DNA of 64,000 bases. Origin: Clostridia bacterium (GTDB lineage Bacteria > Bacillota > Clostridia > Christensenellales > QALW01). Below are positions 1-10,448 of this stretch, piece after piece (the first letter of the stretch is position 1; each line of letters starts with the position of its first letter). Where the stretch lies: NCBI GenBank assembly GCA_045541035.1, contig JAZQII010000090.1, positions 9,175 to 73,174 of the forward strand, read 5' to 3'. The notes under the pieces were generated by a model. It was given only the letters and a program-made list of their open reading frames with translations. It was not told where the DNA came from and ran no database searches. The position numbers were made by a program, and so were the translations under genes.

Positions 1-38
1 CCTTCTGCCGCAGCAGTTCCTAAAAAAGTTAACTTCAT
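1..38 (-). CDS. 5' fragment of MBL-fold metallo-hydrolase (PhnP/RNase Z-like N-terminus), runs off window edge
   Basis: Minus strand reads GAGGTG RBS then ATG: MKLTFLGTAAAE, the typical xxxFLGT start of MBL-fold hydrolases; only 12 codons visible. Confidence 0.6.
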   Translation of the reverse strand, partial: MKLTFLGTAAAE

Positions 39-142
39 AAGATCACCTCAAAAAAATAAAGACAGAGCATAAATTCTGTCTTTATTATATAATATGATGA
101 TACCAATGTAAATAAATATTTTTTAATAAAAGATATCAATTT

Positions 143-1342
143 TTAATTTGTGTAATTATCAAAGTAACCCTGAACAAGAACAACGGGAGTACCCTTATCA
201 CCGGATCCGCTTGTAAGGTCGCAAAGGGAACCGATAAGGTCTGTAAGCTGACGGGGTGTTGTGCCCTGAGATGCCATGTTGCCTACAAGGTTATCCTGCT
301 TTTCGCGAATGCTCTTTGAAATTGCTTCTTTAAGCGCATCGCCTGAAAGATTTTTAAAGTCGTTATCAGCAAGATATTTAAGTTTAAGTTCGTTGGGTGT
401 ACCAACAAGTCCGTCTGTAAAAGCAGGTGAAACAACGGGGTCAGCAAGTTCCCAAATCTTTCCTTTAGGATCTTTAAAGGCACCGTCGCCGTAAACCATA
501 ACTTCAACGTGTTTACCCGTTTTTTCAAGAACGTTTTTCTGAATATCAAGAACAAGATCTTTGCATTCTCTGGGGAAAAGTTTGATGGTATCTTCAGTTG
601 ATTTATTTGAACCAAGAAGACCATACTTTTCATTGCAGCCGCTGCCGTTTACGGGAGCGTTAAGAATTTCATCAAGACCTAAAACGATCTTTGCGCCCGC
701 TGCTTTTAATATGCGCTTTGTTCTCGCACGGGTATGAATATCGCAGTTAAGAACGCAGTCGGTGTAATTAAGGATTGCCTTTGCCTGGTTAGCAAAAACG
801 ATCTCTGCTTCAGCACCTGCATCTTCAATGATACCCTTATAATATGAAACATAGTCAACACCGGTAAACTCATGCTTGTTTTCACCGAAAAGTTCACGGT
901 ACTTTGCTTCAGAAAGTACGTCAGAATAAGGATTGATGCCTGCTTCGTCTATTTTATCAAGGCTAACAAGTTCGTTTCCCACTTCATCTGATGGGTATGA
1001 AAGCATAAGAACGATTTTCTTTGCTCCCATAGCAATACCCTTTAAGCAGATTGCGAAGCGGTTTCGTGAAAGAATAGGGAAGATAACGCCCACAGTTTCG
1101 CCGCCGAATTTGTTGCGTACGTCTTCTGCAATGTTTTCAACAGAAGCATAGTTACCCTGAGCACGTGCTACGATAGATTCGGTAATTGAAATAACGTCTC
1201 TATCATTTAATGAGAAACCTTCAATTTCTGCAGCTTCAAGTACGCTATCTGTAACTATCTTCGCAAGATCATCGCCTTTGCGAATAATGGGACAACGAAT
1301 TCCTCGTGATACCGTACCGACTCTTCTTTCATTTTTTGACAT
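143..1342 (-). CDS. Coenzyme F420-0:gamma-glutamyl ligase (CofE)-like family protein
   Basis: N-terminal GIRCPIIRKGDDL..D..SITESIVARAQG and C-terminal DLIGSLCDLTSGSGDKGTPVVLVQGY match the clostridial CofE-like family. Confidence 0.8.
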   Translation of the reverse strand: MSKNERRVGTVSRGIRCPIIRKGDDLAKIVTDSVLEAAEIEGFSLNDRDVISITESIVARAQGNYASVENIAEDVRNKFGGETVGVIFPILSRNRFAICLKGIAMGAKKIVLMLSYPSDEVGNELVSLDKIDEAGINPYSDVLSEAKYRELFGENKHEFTGVDYVSYYKGIIEDAGAEAEIVFANQAKAILNYTDCVLNCDIHTRARTKRILKAAGAKIVLGLDEILNAPVNGSGCNEKYGLLGSNKSTEDTIKLFPRECKDLVLDIQKNVLEKTGKHVEVMVYGDGAFKDPKGKIWELADPVVSPAFTDGLVGTPNELKLKYLADNDFKNLSGDALKEAISKSIREKQDNLVGNMASQGTTPRQLTDLIGSLCDLTSGSGDKGTPVVLVQGYFDNYTN

Positions 1343-1602
1343 GTTTTTTGCCTTCTTTCTTATTTAAGAAAATTTGCGATTTTTGCAACAACAAAAATAA
1401 CAGAGATATTATATACTATTTTTTGTAAAATTACAACTATTATTGCAAAAAAATATGTATTTTTTTTATTAACAAAAAGCTGTTTTGTGTATATTGCAAA
1501 TTTTTTAAAGATTTAGGACAAAAAAACAATATTTGCAATAGCATTTGCAAAAAAAATAATGTATAATAAAATTGCAAAAAAATTTAGTAAAGGAGATTTT
1601 GT

Positions 1603-3216
1603 ATGAAAAAGATTTTTGCAATTCTTTTATCGGTAGCAATAATGTTTTCAATGGCAATTCCTGCTTTTGCCGATGAAGACGAGATTAAAGTTACTGATCC
1701 ATGGGACAAATATATGTCAAAAGGTGAATTGACAACAAGTGATGAAAATGGTGAAACAGTATATAAAGTCACAGGAATAACAGCGGCGTATACTTCACCG
1801 GGTGTTGATATTTTGCCTACACTTAAAAAATTGATGGAGGGTAATGATAAGATTACCGTCACAATTGCTGTTGACGTTAAAATTGACTATGCCGAAGGTT
1901 TTGAAGATGAAGAATTCCCCATTGCGGGTCTTATCCGTGCGGCAGAAGTTAATGAGAAGATAAAAGACCCCAATGCATTTAAGGCAATTTATAGAGATGC
2001 GCAGGCAGGCGGTTTCGCTGATACAGGCGGCGGAAACTATTCGATCCGTTTCTTTGAAAATGAAAGTGCTCTTGATTACTGGACAACTCTTGAAGGCGAA
2101 GTTACTTTTACTGCTAACGATATTAATGCAGGTCTTTGGGGTAAACTTAACGTTTGCTTTGACAGAATGAACTGTTATGAAGCAATAAGTGCAATTTATA
2201 TAAAAAATACGAGAATTACGCTTACTGATTATGAAGAAGGCGATGGTGAGATCACCATTGATTTTGATACGGAAGTTATACCAAGCACAGATGACGTTGA
2301 TGAGGCTCCCGTTGATCTTACTGTTGATCTTACTTTAAATGCTGATGCTGAAGATACACCTGCTCTTCCCGAAGGAAACTATCTTGATACAAAGTGGGTA
2401 AAAGGCATGGCGGCAAACGATCCTATCGAAGGCACTTTCAATGATCAGCCCATGTATTCAATGACCGGTTGGAAGACTGCCTACGGCTCACCTTTCCTTG
2501 ATATTCTTCCTGCAGTTAAGTCAGCAATGGGTGAAGAGGATGAAATAAATGTATATATCGTTTTTGATGCTCGTGTGCTTAATTATAAAGGTCTTGAAGG
2601 CACGGAACATGGTTTTGGAATAAAGATTCGTCCCAAAACAACCGATCTTACGAAGGAACTTGAAGATTTTGAAGAGAATTATCTTGGATCAACTTTTAAA
2701 CATCACAATTCGGGCGACGTAAGACTTACTCTTTTGGCTTCGGATAAGGAGTATATTACCGAAGATTGGCAGAGATTTGAGTTCATATATACGTTCAGCG
2801 CAGAAGACGTTGAAGATGGTCTTTGGGAAGCATGGAACCTTTGCTTTGATAACGTTAATAGCTTTAAAACTCTTGGCGCCATTCAGATAAAGAATATGGG
2901 CGTTTTCTACGGAGACGATTATGAACCAATAAATATTGATGAACCTGCAACAGATGTTCCCGAAACGTCAACACCAGCGGAAAAACCTCAAGGATCAGAA
3001 GATCCTGTTGTTATTCACAAACCTATCGGTGGCGGAAAATATCAGATCACATTTACAGAATCCGTTGATACTGTTGTTGAAGGCCTTGTTGATAATAACG
3101 GTGGAAACGGTACGATCTGGATAATCGTTGCAGTTGCGGCAGTTGTTGTATTAGCAGGCGTTGCAGTGGGAATCGTTACCGTTGCAAAAAAGAAAAATGC
3201 AAAGGAGGATAAGTAA
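1603..3216 (+). CDS. Secreted, C-terminally membrane-anchored protein with two repeated CBM-like domains (paralogue of 5184..6722)
   Basis: Signal peptide (..AIPAFA), two internal repeats (YxSPxxDIxP...W...LCFD...IKN), acidic/Pro linkers, C-terminal TM helix + KKK; AAGGAG RBS. Confidence 0.75.
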   Translation: MKKIFAILLSVAIMFSMAIPAFADEDEIKVTDPWDKYMSKGELTTSDENGETVYKVTGITAAYTSPGVDILPTLKKLMEGNDKITVTIAVDVKIDYAEGFEDEEFPIAGLIRAAEVNEKIKDPNAFKAIYRDAQAGGFADTGGGNYSIRFFENESALDYWTTLEGEVTFTANDINAGLWGKLNVCFDRMNCYEAISAIYIKNTRITLTDYEEGDGEITIDFDTEVIPSTDDVDEAPVDLTVDLTLNADAEDTPALPEGNYLDTKWVKGMAANDPIEGTFNDQPMYSMTGWKTAYGSPFLDILPAVKSAMGEEDEINVYIVFDARVLNYKGLEGTEHGFGIKIRPKTTDLTKELEDFEENYLGSTFKHHNSGDVRLTLLASDKEYITEDWQRFEFIYTFSAEDVEDGLWEAWNLCFDNVNSFKTLGAIQIKNMGVFYGDDYEPINIDEPATDVPETSTPAEKPQGSEDPVVIHKPIGGGKYQITFTESVDTVVEGLVDNNGGNGTIWIIVAVAAVVVLAGVAVGIVTVAKKKNAKEDK

Positions 3217-3217
3217 T

Positions 3218-5044
3218 ATGAAAAAGTTTTTAGCAATCAGTTGTGCACTTTTAATTCTTGTTTCTGTATTTTCAGGTTGTGAAAACGGAAGTACAAATAC
3301 TCCCACAAAAACTCCTATTGCACCTCCTGAAGCAACAGAAGCACCTCAAGATATTACCGAAAAAACCGATTACGTTACCGAACAATGGATTTCAGTTGAA
3401 ATTCCTTTTGAGGCAAACAAAAAATCAAAAAATATTACCGATACTATTCTTGATGTAACATTTACAAACCGTTCAACCGGCACAAAGTTACTTATGCCCG
3501 GTTTCTGGAACGGCGCAAATAAGTGGGCAGTTCGTTTTGCACCTACCGAATGCGGTATCTGGGATTATGAAACTGCAACAACAGGTGAAGACGTTGGCAT
3601 CAGCGGCATCAAAGGTACTGTTGCTTGCAATGCTTATAAGGGCGACCTTGATATCTATAAACACGGCTTTGTAAAGGCTGTTGAAGGAAAAAAATATTTT
3701 GTCTATGCTGATGGAACTCCATTCTTCTATTTAGGTGATACCCATTGGAATATGGTAACAGAAGAATTTGATTCAGCCGGTCCTAACGCAGGTGATATAG
3801 AGACCGATTCTCACTTTAAATATATTGTTGACCGCCGTGCAGAGCAGGGCTTCACCGTATATCAGTCAGAAGTTATTGGCACAACAATTAACGTTGCTGA
3901 CGGTAAGATTTCCGAAAGCGATATTAAGGGCTTTGAAGTAATGGATAAATACTTCCAGTATATTGCATCAAAAGGCCTTGTTCATGCCAATGCAAAACTT
4001 CTTTTCCCCAGCGAAGTTACTCAGAGTTTTAAGTTAAACAATGAATCACTTACCCGTTATTGGATTGCGCGTTATTGCTCATATCCCGTTATGTGGACTT
4101 TGGGCCAAGAAGTTGACGATGCCAAAAATCAGAAGATAGATATGCTCGTTCTTACTTACATTGATATGTGCGCATTTGTTGCAAAGCATGATCCTTATCA
4201 GAATCCCACATCGGCTCACCAGCTTAATGCAGCATCGGTTACTGCGGCAGGCGGCGTTCCCATTGCAGGTATTGACGGCGGTTACGACCATATTAACGTT
4301 GAGGATACTGAACAGAAATACAAAACAAGAAAATCAGCATTCCTTGGAGCAAAAGGTCATACGTGGTGGGCAAATCAGTGGAGACCTGTAGTTCATGCAC
4401 AGTATAACTTCGGTATTCCCAAAGATTATTGGGAAAACGGTCAAGATAAGCCTATCGTAGACTATGAACCCAGATATCACTATCTCTATGGCGGTGATTT
4501 CTGTATGCGCGCGCAGGCATGGATAGCATACCTTTGTGGTATGTGCGGTCATGCTTACGGCGGAGCAGATATGTGGCTTTATAAAGGCAGATATGCAACC
4601 GATACAGATGCCTTTGACGGTATTCAAACCATTACCAAAGAAGAAAAGGTTAATACATTGTGGTCAGATCTTATCAATGCACCTATTTCCAATGAACTTA
4701 CTTATTTAAGAGGTTTCATGGAGAGCGTTGGTTGGTGGGAACTTACACCTGACTTTGATTACGGTAATGCATTTAAACCGGTTGAAGGTAAGGAAGGCTT
4801 CTATGCAGTTGCACATAACGGCGACGAAACTTACGTAGTTTATCTTTATAACCGTACAACGGGTTCAGCAGGTAAACTTGTGAACATGGATAAAAACGCA
4901 ACCTACATTGCACAGTGGTTTGATACAAGAACAGGTGAATATTCACTTATTGATTATAACCTTAAAGCAGATGCAAACGGTGAATATGATATTCCCGAAA
5001 AACCCGTTGCTGATGATATGATTCTTCTCGTAACAAAAAAATAA
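3218..5044 (+). CDS. Lipoprotein, DUF5060 + DUF4038 (apiosidase/GH140-like) + C-terminal putative collagen-binding-type domain
   Basis: Start re-called at MKKFLA (AGGAGG RBS); lipobox FSGC; GFWNG..W.VRFAP..G.W.Y (DUF5060), YADGTPFFYLGDTHW and HAYGG (DUF4038), WFDTRTG C-terminal domain. Confidence 0.8.
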   Translation: MKKFLAISCALLILVSVFSGCENGSTNTPTKTPIAPPEATEAPQDITEKTDYVTEQWISVEIPFEANKKSKNITDTILDVTFTNRSTGTKLLMPGFWNGANKWAVRFAPTECGIWDYETATTGEDVGISGIKGTVACNAYKGDLDIYKHGFVKAVEGKKYFVYADGTPFFYLGDTHWNMVTEEFDSAGPNAGDIETDSHFKYIVDRRAEQGFTVYQSEVIGTTINVADGKISESDIKGFEVMDKYFQYIASKGLVHANAKLLFPSEVTQSFKLNNESLTRYWIARYCSYPVMWTLGQEVDDAKNQKIDMLVLTYIDMCAFVAKHDPYQNPTSAHQLNAASVTAAGGVPIAGIDGGYDHINVEDTEQKYKTRKSAFLGAKGHTWWANQWRPVVHAQYNFGIPKDYWENGQDKPIVDYEPRYHYLYGGDFCMRAQAWIAYLCGMCGHAYGGADMWLYKGRYATDTDAFDGIQTITKEEKVNTLWSDLINAPISNELTYLRGFMESVGWWELTPDFDYGNAFKPVEGKEGFYAVAHNGDETYVVYLYNRTTGSAGKLVNMDKNATYIAQWFDTRTGEYSLIDYNLKADANGEYDIPEKPVADDMILLVTKK

Positions 5045-5051
5045 TTTTATT

Positions 5052-5087
5052 AAGATCCTGCATTTTATTTGCAGGATCTTTTTTTAT
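5052..5087 (+). terminator. Rho-independent terminator
   Basis: AAGATCCTGCA-ttttatt-TGCAGGATCTT followed by T-run. Confidence 0.85.
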
Positions 5088-5183
5088 GTTAGAAAATGCA
5101 ATGTTTTAGTTAGAATTTGCAATTTATTTTACTTTTTTTATTTGTTATAATTATGCTATCGAATAAAATTAAGACGGAGGTTT

Positions 5184-6722
5184 ATGTCAATGAAGAAAAT
5201 CTTGGCTGTAATTTTTGCTTTGATTCTTATAATGACTTCATTTCTAACGGTTTCTGCTGAAGAAGTCAAAATTGAAGCAGAATGGTCAAAGTACCTTGGT
5301 AAAGTTGAAATAACAAAAACTGAAGAAAATGGGGAAACCATCTATGCCTTTAAAAACTTCACGGCAGAGTTTGCAACGCCCGGTATTGAAATTATGCCTC
5401 TTTTGAAGGAAATCATAAAAGGTAAAGATTCCGTTACTCTTAATTTCAGTATGGAATTAAAAGCTGATGCTGAGGAAGATTTTACACTTGGTATGCTTTT
5501 GAGAATGGAAGACGTTCATCCCAAAGTTCAGAAGAAAGAAGATTTTAAACAGGCATATACAGGTAAAAGAGTAAATATCATTGGCGATAAAAATTATCTC
5601 ATCAGGATTGCCAGCGATCTTAACGTTTCTGAGGATTGGGAGTTTGTTGAAGGTGCAATCACTTTAACTCCTGATGAAATTCTTTCCGGCATGTGGAAGA
5701 GAATGGTTTTGTGCTTTGATGGAATAAAAAAGTATGAACTTTTAGAAACTCTTTACGTTAAAAATGCTGTTGTTGAAATAGTTGATTATGAAGAAGGTAA
5801 AGGCGAACCTTCAATAGATATTGAAAAGATTGACCTTGAAAAGCCAACTATTGAACTTGATGATACGGATACCCCTGTTCTTCCCGAAGGAAATCACCTT
5901 ACAGATAACGCTTGGTATAAAGGCAAGTTGGGTAGTATTACGCCCGGTGAAGTAGGGGAAGATAAGGTATATAAGTTTGCAGATCTTAAAAGTTCATATT
6001 CATCTCCCGTTATTAACATTTATCCCACGTTAAAGGAAATGCTGGGAGATCAGGAAAGTATGAGCATATGGATAGTTCTTGATGTGCGCGCAGTATTGAC
6101 TGAAAATGACAGAGTCTTCGGCATGAAGATCCGTCCCAATGTTGCAAATGAGTTTGTGGATGATAAGTCGATGTTTGCCGCCAAATACGGCGGATCTACC
6201 GTTAAACACACTTCGTATGGTATTTTGATTACTGCTTACAGTGACGGTAAATTAACGAATAAGTGGCAGAGAATTGAAATACCAATGACTATCACCAAAG
6301 CAGATATCAATGACGAATTGTGGACCGAGTGGAATCTCTGTTTTGATATGATGACCGATTATTATCAGATCAAAGAACTTCAAATTAAGGATACTGCTAT
6401 TTATTATAACGGTGAATATGAAAGCGTTTATAAATTAAATAATGACGGTGATTCTGAAAGCGAAGGCACAGCAAAACCTGAAAATAATAAGGAAATGCCC
6501 GTAATTTATAAACCCTATGGATTTGAAAAATATAGCATTACCTTTGCCGATACGGTTGCATCTGAACTTCCCGAAGGCATAACTGATGAGCGTGTAAGCG
6601 GAGCATCAGTAAACATTGATTCTTATCTTATTTACATTATTATAGGCGCAGGTGTTTTAGTGCTTGGTGCTATAGTAGTTATTATTTTAAAGAAGAAAAA
6701 AACGCAGAAGGAGGAAAAATAA
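5184..6722 (+). CDS. Secreted, C-terminally membrane-anchored protein with two CBM-like repeats (paralogue of 1603..3216)
   Basis: Same architecture and shared motifs (W.KY..K.E....ENGET.Y, DYEEG.GE..ID, TP.LPEGN.L, WNLCFD, KP.G..KY.ITF), TM + KKKK tail. Confidence 0.75.
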   Translation: MSMKKILAVIFALILIMTSFLTVSAEEVKIEAEWSKYLGKVEITKTEENGETIYAFKNFTAEFATPGIEIMPLLKEIIKGKDSVTLNFSMELKADAEEDFTLGMLLRMEDVHPKVQKKEDFKQAYTGKRVNIIGDKNYLIRIASDLNVSEDWEFVEGAITLTPDEILSGMWKRMVLCFDGIKKYELLETLYVKNAVVEIVDYEEGKGEPSIDIEKIDLEKPTIELDDTDTPVLPEGNHLTDNAWYKGKLGSITPGEVGEDKVYKFADLKSSYSSPVINIYPTLKEMLGDQESMSIWIVLDVRAVLTENDRVFGMKIRPNVANEFVDDKSMFAAKYGGSTVKHTSYGILITAYSDGKLTNKWQRIEIPMTITKADINDELWTEWNLCFDMMTDYYQIKELQIKDTAIYYNGEYESVYKLNNDGDSESEGTAKPENNKEMPVIYKPYGFEKYSITFADTVASELPEGITDERVSGASVNIDSYLIYIIIGAGVLVLGAIVVIILKKKKTQKEEK

Positions 6723-8545
6723 TGAAAAAATTATTGGCAATTATTTGCACACTTTTAATTGTTGTCGGTGCTTTTTCAGGTTGTAATGAGCAGGGAACTG
6801 CATCAAGCAGTACGCCTGATCCCACACCCGTACCTACTCCTGCGCCTCAGGATATTACTGAAAAAACAGATTACGTTACTGAACAATGGATAGCCATTGA
6901 TATTCCCTTTAAAGCAAATAAAAAATCAGAGAATATTAAAGATACTCTCCTTGACGTAACTTTTAAAAACCGTTCAACGGGAACTTCAATGCTTATGCCG
7001 GGATTTTGGAACGGTAACGATGAATGGATCGTCCGTTTTGCACCTACAGAGTGCGGTATCTGGGATTATGAAACTGTTACCACAGGTGAGGATGTTGGCA
7101 TAAGCGGTATTAAAGGAACGCTTGCTTGCAATGCCTATAAAGGCGACCTTGATATCTATAAGCACGGTTTTGTAAAAACAGAGCCGGGCAAAAAGTATTT
7201 TGTGTATGCTGACGGAACTCCCTTCTTCTATTTAGGTGATACCCATTGGAATATGGCAAGAGAAGAATTTGATTCAGCAGGTCCCGTTGCAGGTGATATT
7301 GAAACTGATTCACATTTTAAGTATATCGTTGATGAAAGAGTAAAACAAGGTTTTACCGTATATCAGTCAGAGCCCATAGATGCAGGCTTTGATGCTACTG
7401 ATGGCGAAATAACCAATTTCGATATAAGCGGATTCAAAACCTATGATAAGTATTTTCAGTATATTGCTGAAAAAGGACTCGTTCATGCCAATGCATTGCT
7501 TATTTTCCCAAGCGGTGCAACGGATAGTTTCACAAAAAATCTTGAATCTCTTACCCGTTATTGGATTGCAAGATATGCTGCATATCCCGTAATGTGGACT
7601 CTTGGTCAGGAAGTTGATGACGGTCACAATCAGAACATTCCAACTATCGGTTTTACTTACACGCAGATGTGTGAAATGATCTATAAACATGATCCTTATA
7701 AGAACCCCACTTCGGCGCATCAGCTTAACACGGCGCTTATCGGCTGTAACGGTAACGTTGCTCTTGCTAAGATCGATGCAGGTTCATCTGTTTTTGATCC
7801 TAATGATACAAAACGCACTATAACGAATAAACCGTCAATATTTAGAGCAACAAAAGGTCATACTTGGTGGGCAACACAGTGGAGACCCACAGTTCACACA
7901 CAGTATAACTTCGATATGGCAAGAGATTATTGGGTAAACGGTTCAGATAAGCCGATAGTATCCTATGAAGCAAGATATCATTTGCTTTCGGCAAGTGATT
8001 TTGGTGCTCGTGTTCAGGCTTGGATTGCATACCTTTCAGGTATGTACGGTCATGGATACGGAGGTCAGGATATGTGGCTGTATCTCGGAACTTACGATGA
8101 TAACAATGATTCAACTGACGGCGTATTTGAAACTCCCAAGGAGATTAAAGCATCAACCAATTGGTCAGATCTTATTCATGCTGATATTTCAAGAGAACTT
8201 TATCTTATGCGCGGCTTCCTTGAGCAAGCAGGTTGGTGGAAACTTGTTCCCGATTTTGATGACGGTAACGCCTTTAAGAAAGTAGACGGTAAAGAAGGCT
8301 TCTATGCCGCCGCACACGACGGTAATGACGTTTACGTAGTTTATCTCTATAACCGCACAACAGATTCGGCAGGTAAACTTGTTAACATGGATAAAAATGC
8401 CGTTTACGTTGCACAGTGGTTTGATACAAGAACAGGCGAGTATACACTTATTGATTATAATCTCAGAGCCGATAAAAACGGTGAATACGATATTCCCCAA
8501 AAACCCGTTGCAGAAGATATGGTTTTACTCGTTACAAAAAAATAA
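6722..8545 (+). CDS. Lipoprotein, DUF5060/DUF4038 (GH140-like), close paralogue of 3218..5044
   Basis: Lipobox FSGC, PT linker, long near-identical blocks with 3218..5044; TAATG overlap with upstream gene. Confidence 0.8.
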   Translation: MKKLLAIICTLLIVVGAFSGCNEQGTASSSTPDPTPVPTPAPQDITEKTDYVTEQWIAIDIPFKANKKSENIKDTLLDVTFKNRSTGTSMLMPGFWNGNDEWIVRFAPTECGIWDYETVTTGEDVGISGIKGTLACNAYKGDLDIYKHGFVKTEPGKKYFVYADGTPFFYLGDTHWNMAREEFDSAGPVAGDIETDSHFKYIVDERVKQGFTVYQSEPIDAGFDATDGEITNFDISGFKTYDKYFQYIAEKGLVHANALLIFPSGATDSFTKNLESLTRYWIARYAAYPVMWTLGQEVDDGHNQNIPTIGFTYTQMCEMIYKHDPYKNPTSAHQLNTALIGCNGNVALAKIDAGSSVFDPNDTKRTITNKPSIFRATKGHTWWATQWRPTVHTQYNFDMARDYWVNGSDKPIVSYEARYHLLSASDFGARVQAWIAYLSGMYGHGYGGQDMWLYLGTYDDNNDSTDGVFETPKEIKASTNWSDLIHADISRELYLMRGFLEQAGWWKLVPDFDDGNAFKKVDGKEGFYAAAHDGNDVYVVYLYNRTTDSAGKLVNMDKNAVYVAQWFDTRTGEYTLIDYNLRADKNGEYDIPQKPVAEDMVLLVTKK

Positions 8546-8550
8546 TTTTT

Positions 8551-8577
8551 AAAGCACCGCAAAAACGGTGCTTTTAT
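8551..8577 (+). terminator. Rho-independent terminator
   Basis: AAAGCACCG-caaaaa-CGGTGCTTT then T/A-rich tail. Confidence 0.7.
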
Positions 8578-8678
8578 ATTGCAAAAAAGCGGTAAAATTT
8601 TATAAAAAAGCAATATTTACAATGGAAATACCTTTCTGACTAATGTATAATATTAAAAAACAAAAGGAGTGTATAAAT

Positions 8679-10328
8679 ATGAAAAACGTAGAAAAATGGA
8701 CTTCCTATGAAACGTGTTTTTTAGCAAAAGTTCAGATTGATGACGCTTTAGAAAATGAAGTCGACGTAATTTTTACACATGAATCAGGTGTTGAAATAGT
8801 GATGCCCGCTTTCTGGGACGGCGGTTTTACCTGGCGCGTTCGTTTCGCACCTAATAAAATTGGCATATGGAATTATGTTGTTAAAGAAGTTACAGGATGC
8901 GAACTTGGCATTAGCGGTATAAAAGGCGCTATCAACTGTGTTGAATATGCAGGTGAATATGAAATTTATAAACGAGGTTTTTTGAAAACGGAACCTAACG
9001 TGCGCCATTTTATGTATGATGACGGCACGCCTTTCTTCTACTTAGGTGATACACATTGGCGTATGCCCATGGAAGAATTTGATGAAAAAGGCTCCCATGC
9101 AGTAGATATTGAAACTGATTCTCATTTTAAATATATCGTTGATAAGCGTGTTGAACAGAAGTTTAACGTTTATCAGTCTGAACCTTTAGGATTTGAGTGT
9201 ACTATTTATGATGGAATTGGCGAGGATGATATTTTAGAGTTTCAGCGTTTTGATGAATATTTTAAGTATATTGCCCAAAAAGGTCTTGTGCATGCTAACG
9301 CCCAATACATTTTCCCAAGCGGTGTAAAGGAAAAGTTCTTTGAAGAAGAGTTCCAGCGTAAAATAAACCGTTATTGGATTGCACGCTATGCATCATATCC
9401 CGTTCTTTGGACGTTAGGGCAGGAAGTTGACAGGTGTTTCTTTGGTAAATGCGGTATGACTGCGGAAAATAACCCTTATAAACTTATGTGTAAATATTTG
9501 TATCAGTATGATCCATATAAGCATCCCATTACGGGACATCAGGAAAATGCAATGCTTACCGGTGCAAAAGGTGATGCTGAATATAACGTATATTCAGGTA
9601 AAAACGTGCTTCGTACCGGCACTAATAAACAGTCGGCATTCTACGGAATGAGCGAGCACACATGGTGGGGAATTCAATGGCGTCCCGACGTGCACGTTCA
9701 GCACAATTTTAATATTCCCAAGGATTATTGGTATACGGGCGAAGGCAAAGTTTCCATTAACTATGAAACGCGTTATGATTATCTTTATACCAAAAACTTT
9801 GGCGCCCGTGCAAACGGCTGGATATCTGTCTTAAGCGGTATTTTCGGCTACGGTTACGGCGCGGCAGATATGTGGGCATATAAGTTAACGTATAGTTTTA
9901 ACGTTCCGTCATCTGATGGTGTAGATACCGTTTATCCCCCTGAAAAGTATATGCCCTGGGGCATTGCAATAAATATGCCTACGGGTGATCACTTAACAAA
10001 ATTCCGCGAATTTTTTGAAAGTTTTGAATGGTGGAAACTTGTTCCTGACTTTGATGAGGGTAATGCTTTCCAAAAAACAGAAAAAGAAGGATATTATACG
10101 GCGGCGCATATCGGTAACGAAAAGTATATTGTTTATCTCTATAACCGCGATACTGCTTCAGCAGGTAAACTTGTTAATATGGATGAAAATGCCGAATATC
10201 TTATTCAATGGTTTAACACAAGAACGGGTGAATATACCGTCTTAGAAGAAAATTATAAAGGTACTGAATATGATCTTCCCGAAAAACCTGATTATGAAGA
10301 TTACGCTTTAGTTGCAACCAAAAAATAA
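8679..10328 (+). CDS. DUF5060/DUF4038 (GH140-like) protein without signal peptide, probably cytoplasmic
   Basis: Start re-called at MKNVEK (AAGGAG RBS); same DDGTPFFYLGDTHW, WTLGQEVD, YGYGAAD and WFNTRTG motifs; no lipobox. Confidence 0.8.
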   Translation: MKNVEKWTSYETCFLAKVQIDDALENEVDVIFTHESGVEIVMPAFWDGGFTWRVRFAPNKIGIWNYVVKEVTGCELGISGIKGAINCVEYAGEYEIYKRGFLKTEPNVRHFMYDDGTPFFYLGDTHWRMPMEEFDEKGSHAVDIETDSHFKYIVDKRVEQKFNVYQSEPLGFECTIYDGIGEDDILEFQRFDEYFKYIAQKGLVHANAQYIFPSGVKEKFFEEEFQRKINRYWIARYASYPVLWTLGQEVDRCFFGKCGMTAENNPYKLMCKYLYQYDPYKHPITGHQENAMLTGAKGDAEYNVYSGKNVLRTGTNKQSAFYGMSEHTWWGIQWRPDVHVQHNFNIPKDYWYTGEGKVSINYETRYDYLYTKNFGARANGWISVLSGIFGYGYGAADMWAYKLTYSFNVPSSDGVDTVYPPEKYMPWGIAINMPTGDHLTKFREFFESFEWWKLVPDFDEGNAFQKTEKEGYYTAAHIGNEKYIVYLYNRDTASAGKLVNMDENAEYLIQWFNTRTGEYTVLEENYKGTEYDLPEKPDYEDYALVATKK

Positions 10329-10448
10329 AAAGTTGAGCCGATAAGGGGCGTAATCTAAAGGATAATACAACAAGAGATAAAAACACCCAAAGTTTTTTAA
10401 AGCGGCGGGTGTTTTTAATATTATCTTTCTTTGTTAGTCAAGTTGTGC

